Shown here: positions 35,201-42,318 of the stretch, piece by piece
Layout: every line of letters starts with the position of its first letter
Position numbering within the stretch: position 1 is the stretch's first letter
NCBI GenBank assembly: GCA_036351435.1
Contig: JAZBPA010000065.1
Location: forward strand, 1,186-65,185
Source of the DNA: Candidatus Competibacteraceae bacterium
GTDB taxonomy: Bacteria > Pseudomonadota > Gammaproteobacteria > Competibacterales > Competibacteraceae
Length of the DNA stretch: 64,000 nt
Direction of reading: 5' to 3'
Made by a program: the position numbers and the translations under genes
The notes under the pieces: model-generated
What the model saw: the letters and a program-made list of their open reading frames with translations, nothing else
What the model was told of the DNA's origin: nothing
The model's database searches: none

Positions 35201-36317
35201 CGCTGCATTGACCCAGAGCTTCGTCGAGATCTGGCGACTTCGCGCCAGCCCGCTTTGGCACATCGAAGCCGCCGGCTTACCCATCATTCATCGACATGAC
35301 AGCAGTGGCCAATGGTTACCGGAGTGGCGTCCCTGGCCCGGAGAATCGTTGCAACTTACCATCAGCCGCCCGGCGGGGATCGCGGGTAAGACCGTAACCA
35401 TTGACTCCGCTCACTTGACTGTCGTACCCGGTCAACGGGCTACCGCCACGACGCTAGCACTATCCGTCCGTAGCAGTCGGGGCAGCGAACAAACGTTAAC
35501 CCTACCTGCAGGTGCTGAATTATCCGGCTTTGCAGTAAACGGCGTTTCGCAACCCTTACGATTGCAAAACCAGCGTTTAACTCTCGCGCTTAATCCCGGC
35601 GAGCAGCGGGTAACTGTGGATTGGCGTATTGAACAAGGCATATCAACACGTTACTTTACCCCCACCGTCGATTTAGGTTCGGATAGCGTGAATACTCGCA
35701 TCGTGCTTAAGCCACCCAACGACCGTTGGATACTCTTCACAGCAGGGCCACAGCTAGGACCAGCAGTATTGTTTTGGGGTATGTTAGTCGTCATTGCTTG
35801 TGGTGCACTGGCCTTAGGACGCTATGGGCAAACTCCATTATCGACCGGCCAGTGGTTCTTACTAGGCATCGGGCTGAGTCAGGCGGGCATTGCAGCAACG
35901 GTGTTGGTCATTGGCTGGCTGCTGTTGCTAGGTCGGCGTAAAGTGGCCGGCGAAACCTGGAATAAATGGTCATTCAATCTGCTGCAAATTGGCTTAGGGT
36001 TGCTCACCCTAGCCGCCTTAGTTGCTCTGTTATATGCCATCAATCAAGGTTTGCTGGGACCGCCAACCATGCAAATCGCTGGTAATGGCTCCAGTGCTTA
36101 CCAATTGCAATGGTATCAAGACCGATCAGCGGCGCAATTGCCTCAGGCTTGGGTGCTTTCCGTACCATTGATTGTGTATCGCGGTCTGATGTTGGCATGG
36201 GCGTTGTGGTTGGCTTTTGCCCTGTTACGCTGGCTAAACTGGGGTTGGCAATGCTTCAGCAGTGGCGGAATTTGGCGGCAGCTGCGTGCACAGCAAACCG
36301 ATCCGGTAGAAGGCTGA
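32265..36317 (+). CDS. 1350-aa polytopic membrane protein of unknown function, internally duplicated (leader helix, ~430-aa exported domain and 4 TM, twice)
   Basis: It is an uninterrupted ORF whose ATG overlaps the upstream stop (ATGA). Hydrophobic segments lie at about aa 19-36, 487-575 (x4), 677-692, 712-732 and 1155-1323 (x4). The two soluble regions share ordered motifs (see findings). Confidence 0.8.
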   Translation: MNQGSMLSPSSEAFYQRHWLLIVITLLLLFCQPAFASMPLNRVPIPLQPWVDWVLYGITETRCPLVYKQTEQYQCTWPSSLTLNVGPQGGEFVQRWWIDTESWLTLPGDLNHWPQQVRFDGYPTIVLERDGRPALKAGVGAHTVSGRFIWRELPDSLAVPSDTALLSLTLAGRAIAEPRLERDGRVRLQPQAVAADLQNHQEIRVFRKIIDAIPLLLHTRVELRISGQAREELLGRALPSGFIPLELKSPLSARLEADGRLRVQVKPGTWTVQYNARHTGPVSELSAPIPDGPWAKQEIWVFEARPALRVVTVQGAPSLDPAQTNLPEDWRQLPAYLMQPGQELTLVTRKRGDADPVPDRLHLERTLWLDFAGRGYTVQDRLNGTISRSARLEAAPPLLLGQVMINGQPQFITRLPDSALDGIEVRQGQIQLTADSRLEPARINSLPAVGWQIDPASLRNTINLPPGWRLLTALGTDQASKTWLQRWTLLDLFVVLIAALSVGRLWSWNYGALALVGLLLSYHEPNAPRLLWLNVLAAIALLRVLPTGRLYVLTQWYWRASWLALLVVTLAFTVQQVRGALYLQLSQSAVTDFSLSDFAPIPSSTPAPALAKRAPASSPPARVAEEAVKQDYDSTIQLQTGPGLPDWRWNQAVLSWNGPVAADQRLRLWFSPPWATRLWMFISAALLLALLVRTARPVRPPPKSESELLPIAPAASLVLALPLLLTTSILHAETLPMPSLELLEELRERLTEPPDCQPRCTHLATLNVSATAQELRLKLLLNSQIDSAIPLPLLSDRAIPLSASLDGQPFAPLFRASDHGLWARVPAGQHELELRALLPAELLSFQLPLPMKPGWVNAEITGWDMEGLYVRGEIGDSIQLTRQRGEGSTVALQPGVIPPFVMLERELILGVDWQVHSRVRRMSQANSAIILAVPLLSGERVTSPGVRVQNNQVLLNLSPSESATEWTATLDKASELTLNAALTQSFVEIWRLRASPLWHIEAAGLPIIHRHDSSGQWLPEWRPWPGESLQLTISRPAGIAGKTVTIDSAHLTVVPGQRATATTLALSVRSSRGSEQTLTLPAGAELSGFAVNGVSQPLRLQNQRLTLALNPGEQRVTVDWRIEQGISTRYFTPTVDLGSDSVNTRIVLKPPNDRWILFTAGPQLGPAVLFWGMLVVIACGALALGRYGQTPLSTGQWFLLGIGLSQAGIAATVLVIGWLLLLGRRKVAGETWNKWSFNLLQIGLGLLTLAALVALLYAINQGLLGPPTMQIAGNGSSAYQLQWYQDRSAAQLPQAWVLSVPLIVYRGLMLAWALWLAFALLRWLNWGWQCFSSGGIWRQLRAQQTDPVEG

Positions 36318-36351
36318 TTCGTTTGGGTTTAAACAATACGGAGAAATAAAT

Positions 36352-37581
36352 ATGTCCACTTCAGAACGGGTCACTTTCCCCGGATTTCAGGGCGATTTAC
36401 TCGCTGCACGATTAGATCACCCCGCTGGGGAATGTCGTGGTTATGCTTTATTTGCGCATTGTTTCAGTTGTTCTAAAGAAGTGCTGACCGCAGTACGCAT
36501 CAGTCGGGCTTTGGCTGAACGCGGCATTGCCGTCTTGCGCTTCGACTTTACTGGATTGGGCAGTAGCGGCGGGGAATTTGCCAATACAAATTTCTCCTCT
36601 AACGTGCAGGATTTAATACAAGCAGCCCAGTTTTTACGGGAGCATTATCAAGCGCCTGCGATTATGATTGGCCATAGCTTAGGCGGCGCGGCTGTATTAG
36701 CAGCAGCCGGATCGATTCCCGAAGTTCGTGCGGTTACCACCCTTAACGCACCCAGCGATGTCGCTCACGTGAGTCATTTTTTCGCCGCCGCCATCCCTGC
36801 GATTCAAACCCAAGGTGAAATGGAGGTCACCCTGGTTGGGCGCAAGTTCCGCATCAAGAAACAATTCTTAGACGACATCACAGAGCAAAATTTGCTCCAG
36901 CAAGTTGCTGAGCTACGTAAACCGTTATTGATCTTTCATTCCCCTGTCGACGAAGTGGTGGGCGTTGATCATGCGGCGCGGCTTTATGGTGCCGCCAAAC
37001 ACCCGAAAAGCTTTATTTCTTTGGACGATGCTGATCACATGGTATCGCGGGTTAGCGATGCGGATTTCGTTGCCAATGTACTGACAGCTTGGGCTAGCCG
37101 TTACCTCACAGTCGCAGCGCAACCCGAAGTCATTGAGACAGCACCCAATTCTGTGCAGGTGAGAGAAACCTTGCAAAGCCCTCTGGCGCAGGAAATCAAG
37201 GTCGGCTCTCACACCTTTCCGGCCGACGAGCCGGTCTCTTTAGGCGGCAAAGACTCTGGGCCTAATCCCTATGATTATTTGCTAGCCGCATTGGGCGCTT
37301 GCACGAATATGACCCTACGCATGTATGCCCAGCATAAGGGATTACCCGTGCAGCGGATCAGTGCCGAACTGAAGCACGATAAAATACATGCCAAGGATTG
37401 TGCGTATTGCGCAACCAAGACCGGCAAAATTGATCGGATTGAGCGCACGATCACTATCGAAGGCGATTTAAACGAAGAGCAACGAGCCCGGCTATTGGAG
37501 ATAGCTGACCGTTGCCCGGTACATCGCACCCTACACTCGGAAGTGCTGATTGAAACCCGTTCGAAACCTACAGCAACGTAA
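36352..37581 (+). CDS. bifunctional alpha/beta-hydrolase / OsmC-family protein
   Basis: The N-terminal half has the nucleophile elbow GHSLGG. The C-terminal ~140 aa (GPNPYDYLLAALGACTNMTLRMYA...CPVHRTL) is an OsmC/Ohr-type fold signature. GGAGAAATAAAT precedes the ATG, 34 nt after the giant ORF. Confidence 0.8.
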   Translation: MSTSERVTFPGFQGDLLAARLDHPAGECRGYALFAHCFSCSKEVLTAVRISRALAERGIAVLRFDFTGLGSSGGEFANTNFSSNVQDLIQAAQFLREHYQAPAIMIGHSLGGAAVLAAAGSIPEVRAVTTLNAPSDVAHVSHFFAAAIPAIQTQGEMEVTLVGRKFRIKKQFLDDITEQNLLQQVAELRKPLLIFHSPVDEVVGVDHAARLYGAAKHPKSFISLDDADHMVSRVSDADFVANVLTAWASRYLTVAAQPEVIETAPNSVQVRETLQSPLAQEIKVGSHTFPADEPVSLGGKDSGPNPYDYLLAALGACTNMTLRMYAQHKGLPVQRISAELKHDKIHAKDCAYCATKTGKIDRIERTITIEGDLNEEQRARLLEIADRCPVHRTLHSEVLIETRSKPTAT

Positions 37582-37585
37582 TCAA

Positions 37586-37885
37586 TCAGCCAGCGAACTG
37601 CTGGGCTGCGGTATTGTTGCTGGCAATCTGCGCGATAAACGCAGCATGGGCTTGGCTGTCAGATTCCTTTAACTCTTGCAAAGCGGTTCTGAAACGCTGT
37701 ACTTGAGCATCATGTGCTTGTAGTAGCTCGTTTAATTGAGTCGCTTCCTCGGTATTGGGCTGGCCATATTTTTGGTATTTGTCAGTCAGCTGCTGCATAT
37801 AAGCGAAATGGGCTTGCTTGGTCAGTTTCATTTGCTCATAAGCCGAGCAGGCTGATTGCGCCGCCATTGGTAAATCGTCATTCAT
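37586..37885 (-). CDS. small hypothetical helical protein (99 aa)
   Basis: The ORF has a Q/A/E-rich predicted-helical sequence. It is convergent with the previous gene. No family recognised. Confidence 0.4.
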   Translation of the reverse strand: MNDDLPMAAQSACSAYEQMKLTKQAHFAYMQQLTDKYQKYGQPNTEEATQLNELLQAHDAQVQRFRTALQELKESDSQAHAAFIAQIASNNTAAQQFAG

Positions 37886-37961
37886 TGCTAATCCTCACAG
37901 TGGTCACTGATCTGCCTCAACCACCTTCGATGCTATCTTATCAAGCGCTGCGACTATCATC

Positions 37962-39308
37962 ATGCCTTTGACATCCAGTCGGGTTATCGCGGAAATCCTG
38001 GCATTGCTGCGCTTGGGTGGTCCGCTTATGGTAGCCCAGATTTCTTATATGTTAATGGGTTTTGCCGATACCGTAATGGTGGGTAAAGTCGGCGCCTTGG
38101 AGTTAGCTGCTGTCGCGATTGGTACCAGTTTCTGGCATCCCCTGTATTTATTGAATTTGGGGATATTGATGGCGACCAGTCCTTCTGTTGCGCATCTGTA
38201 TGGGGCCGGCAAACCATTGGAAATCGGTGGCTTAGTTCGTCAGGGCTTGTGGTTAAGCCTGTTGTTGAGCATACCGGCTTTCTTGTTGCTGCGAAGCACA
38301 ACTGGATTTATGCATTGGCTAGCGGTCGACCCGCCCATCATCCCGGTAACTGATGACTATCTTGAAGCACTGTCCTGGGGGATTCCCGCTGTATTCGCGT
38401 ATACCGTGTTGCGTTTTCTGAGCGAGGGCATTGGTTTTACCCGCCCTATCATGGTCATTGGTTTTATTGGATTGTTGATTAACGTAGCTCTTAATTACCT
38501 TCTCATCTATGGCAAATGGGGATTACCGGCGTTAGGGGCAACAGGATGTGGTTTGGCGACTGCGTTGACGCTGTGGATCATGTTGGCTTGTATGCTGGCG
38601 CTAAATATGCGGCATTACCGTTATCACACGTTTGCCTGTTTTGCTAGTTGGGATTGGCCCCATTGGCAAGAACTACGACCTTTGTTAGCTCTGGGGCTAC
38701 CGATCGGGTTCAGTATTTTCGCAGAATCCAGCATTTTTGCTGCTGTCGCGTTAGCTTTAGGCTTCTTGGGAGCTACTGTAGTTGCAGGCCATCAGATCGC
38801 GTTGAATGTGGCTGGGATGAGTTTTATGTTACCACTCAGCTTGGCGATGGCGATTACTGTCCGAGTTGGGCAAGCGATGGGACGCGGTTCACCGATTGAG
38901 GCCCGATTTAGCGGTGCTATCGGCATCATGCTGGGTGGCGTGATTATGGCTGTCATGGCGGTGCTTATATTCACACTCGCTGAGCCGATTAGTAGCATTT
39001 ATACCGAGGATGTTGAAGTGCTTGCCATCGCGACTCATTTGCTGCTATTCGCGGCGCTTTTTCAAATTTCAGATGGCTTGCAAGTTTCAGCTAATGGTGC
39101 CCTGCGTGGCTTTAAAGACACCCGTATTCCGTTCTTGGTGACTGTGTTGGCTTACTGGATAGTGGGATTTCCTACCGGTTATATTCTGGGCGTTATGCTA
39201 ATGATGGGAGCTTCAGGGATGTGGCTAGGTTTGCTTGCCGGTTTGTCAGTTGCCGCAGTTTTATTGAATGTCCGTTTTTGGTTGATCTCCAAAAAGATGA
39301 TGGTATAA
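37962..39308 (+). CDS. norM: MATE-family multidrug efflux transporter (NorM-like)
   Basis: 448 aa, 12 TM. The LLRLGGPLMVAQISYMLMGFADTVMVG N-terminus and the GALRGFKDTRIP motif are present. Confidence 0.9.
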   Translation: MPLTSSRVIAEILALLRLGGPLMVAQISYMLMGFADTVMVGKVGALELAAVAIGTSFWHPLYLLNLGILMATSPSVAHLYGAGKPLEIGGLVRQGLWLSLLLSIPAFLLLRSTTGFMHWLAVDPPIIPVTDDYLEALSWGIPAVFAYTVLRFLSEGIGFTRPIMVIGFIGLLINVALNYLLIYGKWGLPALGATGCGLATALTLWIMLACMLALNMRHYRYHTFACFASWDWPHWQELRPLLALGLPIGFSIFAESSIFAAVALALGFLGATVVAGHQIALNVAGMSFMLPLSLAMAITVRVGQAMGRGSPIEARFSGAIGIMLGGVIMAVMAVLIFTLAEPISSIYTEDVEVLAIATHLLLFAALFQISDGLQVSANGALRGFKDTRIPFLVTVLAYWIVGFPTGYILGVMLMMGASGMWLGLLAGLSVAAVLLNVRFWLISKKMMV

Positions 39309-39378
39309 GAACAAACTAATCACAGCACAAAAAAACATAAAAACCCCGCACCCATATTCTCTGATGATGGTATAAGAA
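39296..39378. repeat. 16-bp direct repeat (gatgatggtataagaa) duplicating the MATE gene 3' end, copies 67 nt apart
   Basis: Copy 1 is at 39296-39311 (last codons plus stop of norM). Copy 2 is at 39363-39378. The spacer contains an A-rich tract and aaaacccc...ggggtt. Confidence 0.7.
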
Positions 39379-39410
39379 GGGGTTATTTATAGGCCGCCTA
39401 TCGACAACTG

Positions 39411-40415
39411 CTACCGCCGGTCTCCGCTGATTAAATCGCCCAACCCTCCTAGCACGGAACCTTCGCCCTGCCTTCGGTTACCTGATTGTGGCGAACAGGC
39501 CAGCATACGGCCTGCTAGGCGGGAGAACGGCAAGGATTGCAACCATACATGGCCCGGCCCACGCAGATTCGCGAAAAACAGCCCCTCACCACCAAACAGA
39601 CCCGTTTTAATTCCACCCACCTGCTGGATGTCGAACGCTACGCTCTCCTGAAAAGCGACAACACAACCGGTATCGACGTGTAATTCTTCACCAGAAGCTA
39701 ACTGTTTCTCGTGAATGGTGCCGCCAGCATGAACGAACACCATACCGTCACCTTCTAGTTTCTGCATGATAAATCCTTCACCGCCAAACAACCCGGTCAG
39801 AATTTTACGTTGAAAGTGAATGCCGATACTGACGCCACGTGCGGCCGCCAGAAAACTATCCTTCTGGCAGATCAACCGCCCGCCCAGCTTTTCTAAAGAC
39901 AATGCCAGGATATTCCCCGGAAAAGGCGCAGCGAACGCAACATGTGCTTTGCCGTGATTACCAGCATGAGTAAACACAGTGATGAACAGACTTTCCCCGG
40001 TCAGCAGCCGCTTACCCGCGCCGAGCAATTTACCCATGAAACCGGTATTCGCAGCTTCTTGAGAACCGTCCCCAAAGATACTTTGCATCTGTATACAAGT
40101 ATCCTTGTACATCATTGCACCGGCTTCAGACACTGCACTTTCGCCGGGATCCAGTTCTACTTCCACGAACTGCATCTCGTGACCGTGAATCACATAATCA
40201 ATTTCATCGTTACGCAGTGTGGATGAGGGCGGGCTGGGGACGGCGGGTGAATTAGCCTGGGTCAAGTCGGCCACCTCGTTTATCGGTAGCCAACCGGACA
40301 AACCATCGTGCCAAGCATGACCCTGGGGATTAGCTGAAGCTTGGGAGCGGGCCTGCTCAAGTGTCATCGGACCGGTCTGTTGACCGTTATAGCTGAGGTA
40401 CCATTGCTGCGCCAT
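39411..40415 (-). CDS. GYF_2 (DUF4339) domain fused to AIM24/TIGR00266-family protein
   Basis: The N-terminal WYLSYNGQQTGPMTLEQ...HAWHDGLSGWLPI is a GYF_2-like block. The C-terminal ~240 aa has the GGEGLF/GGEGFIMQKLEGDG repeats typical of AIM24/DUF124. I prefer the ATG at 40415 over the TTG at 40421. Confidence 0.75.
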   Translation of the reverse strand: MAQQWYLSYNGQQTGPMTLEQARSQASANPQGHAWHDGLSGWLPINEVADLTQANSPAVPSPPSSTLRNDEIDYVIHGHEMQFVEVELDPGESAVSEAGAMMYKDTCIQMQSIFGDGSQEAANTGFMGKLLGAGKRLLTGESLFITVFTHAGNHGKAHVAFAAPFPGNILALSLEKLGGRLICQKDSFLAAARGVSIGIHFQRKILTGLFGGEGFIMQKLEGDGMVFVHAGGTIHEKQLASGEELHVDTGCVVAFQESVAFDIQQVGGIKTGLFGGEGLFFANLRGPGHVWLQSLPFSRLAGRMLACSPQSGNRRQGEGSVLGGLGDLISGDRR

Positions 40416-40532
40416 CAACAACCCCTTTCAACGAAATCACACCAATAAAATGGACTTTGGTTTTATTTGAATTTTTGCGAATTTGCACCAGGCTTGCAAA
40501 CCTGCCTCTAAACATAGAGCCCAACACTGGGT

Positions 40533-41336
40533 TTAATTAGCCAACGCAGGAGTCAGATGCGGCTTTATTGTTTGCAGCAAAACTTTGAATAGTTTTGCAT
40601 TACCCGCGACAATGTTGCCATTTTTTAGGAAATTATGACCGCCACTGAAATCACTCACCAATCCGCCCGCTTCTTGTACCAACAGAGCACCTGCCCCAAT
40701 ATCCCAAGCGTTGAGGCCGATCTCCCAAAATCCATCCAAGCGCCCTGCCGCTACATATGACAAATCCAAGGCTGCTGCACCGGCTCGCCGCAACTCGCCA
40801 CAGCGCGTGAATAGGCTTCCGAACATATTAAGATAAGCGGGGATATGCTCGGGTTGACGAAGCGGAAATCCTGTACCTAACAGCGCTGATTCTAAATTCG
40901 GCACAGCTTTAACCCGAATTCGCCGATCATTTAGGCGTGCTCCATTACCGCGTGCGGCAGTGAACATTTCCTGTCTGAGAGGATCATAAACCACGCCTAT
41001 TTCCAATCGCCCTTTGAAGCGCAAGGCAATGGATACAGCGAAGTGGGGAAATCCATGGATAAAATTGGTGGTGCCATCCAAAGGATCAATCAGCCACTGA
41101 TATTCGTCATCAGTGCCTTGTGTATTGCCCCGTTCCTCAGCCAGGATGCTGTGGCTAGGAAAGGCCTTGCGCAGGACATAAATAATCTCTTGTTCCGCTT
41201 GAACATCGGCTTCGGTGACAAAATCATTGCGTTGCTTGACATTAACGGTAAGTCTGTCTAACCGTTCCCAATAGCGCAGTATAACCTTGCCCGCATTGAG
41301 CGCAGCACGTTGGGCAATAGTAACCGTAGGATGCAT
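40533..41336 (-). CDS. suhB: inositol monophosphatase family protein
   Basis: The ILAEERG, WLIDPLDGTTNF and WDIGAGALLVQEAGG motifs are present. Confidence 0.9.
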   Translation of the reverse strand: MHPTVTIAQRAALNAGKVILRYWERLDRLTVNVKQRNDFVTEADVQAEQEIIYVLRKAFPSHSILAEERGNTQGTDDEYQWLIDPLDGTTNFIHGFPHFAVSIALRFKGRLEIGVVYDPLRQEMFTAARGNGARLNDRRIRVKAVPNLESALLGTGFPLRQPEHIPAYLNMFGSLFTRCGELRRAGAAALDLSYVAAGRLDGFWEIGLNAWDIGAGALLVQEAGGLVSDFSGGHNFLKNGNIVAGNAKLFKVLLQTIKPHLTPALAN

Positions 41337-41387
41337 ATTAATTCAGTTTGCAAAGACCAACATGATAGCAGAATCCTATATTTCAAA

Positions 41388-42119
41388 ATGAATTTACAGC
41401 GCGTGCGCATCATTCTGGTGGAAACCTCTCACCCCGGTAACATCGGGGCTGTAGCCCGGTCCATGAAAACCATGGGTTTGGAACGTCTCGTTTTGGTCGA
41501 TCCAGTACACTTCCCTCACAGCGAAGCAATTGCACGATCTACCGGGGCCATTGATGTATTGGAACGAGCGCAGGTGGTCAGTAGCCTTACAGAAGCACTG
41601 GCGGGTTGTCAGCTAGTGATCGGCACCACGGCTCGTCAACGGGGCATGTCGGTGCCGGTGTTGGAACCGCGCGAGTGCGCAGCACTGGCCAGTTCACAAG
41701 GAGGAGCAGTTGAGGTCGCTGTGGTATTCGGCAGGGAACGTTCCGGCTTGCACAACGAGGAGACAGATCAATGCAACTTTTTGGTGCGCATTCCGACTAA
41801 TCCAGCATTCAGTTCGTTAAATTTAGCGGCGGCGGTGCAAGTGCTGGCTTACGAACTACATTTAGCAGCCCGCTCGGCTCAGCCTAGCCCAGCCCAGCAC
41901 GATGCTGAACTGCTGGCACCTGCTGATGAAATGGCACGCTTTTATCATCATTTAGAGCAAGTTTTGCTAACAACCGGATTTCTGGACCCCACCAACCCCC
42001 GCCTGATTATGCGCCGTCTACGACGCTTGTTTAACCGAACGCAACCGGACCAGCGTGAGGTTAACATATTGCGCGGCATTCTGACCTCGGTACAACAGGC
42101 GCTAAAGCATCCTTCGTGA
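41388..42119 (+). CDS. trmJ: tRNA (cytidine/uridine-2'-O)-methyltransferase, SpoU class
   Basis: RIILVETSHPGNIGAVARSMKTMGL and the C-terminal SLNLAAAVQVLAYE are present. It is divergent from suhB as in E. coli. I prefer the ATG at 41388 over the upstream extension. Confidence 0.85.
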   Translation: MNLQRVRIILVETSHPGNIGAVARSMKTMGLERLVLVDPVHFPHSEAIARSTGAIDVLERAQVVSSLTEALAGCQLVIGTTARQRGMSVPVLEPRECAALASSQGGAVEVAVVFGRERSGLHNEETDQCNFLVRIPTNPAFSSLNLAAAVQVLAYELHLAARSAQPSPAQHDAELLAPADEMARFYHHLEQVLLTTGFLDPTNPRLIMRRLRRLFNRTQPDQREVNILRGILTSVQQALKHPS

Positions 42120-42240
42120 AGCTGCGCACAGGCTTGGCTTACTTGGCCCTGCTTACTAACTCTCCACTGGCAAACCAAGGTCAGCCAATACTCCGACAGC
42201 CACTGCCGGGATTAAAATAATGCAACTTACTTAAACGAAC

Positions 42241-42257
42241 TTGGTCCGTTAATTGCT
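42241..42257 (+). promoter_or_regulatory. candidate sigma-54 (-24/-12) promoter upstream of prkA
   Basis: TTGGTCCGTTAATTGCT has GG and GC separated by 10 nt, resembling TGGCACG-N4-TTGC. It lies about 62 nt before the prkA ATG. Confidence 0.35.
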
Positions 42258-42318
42258 GAGACACAGCGTTATATGCACTCTGACAGTGCGCTTATAGCCA
42301 TCTTGAGGTGACCCAATT

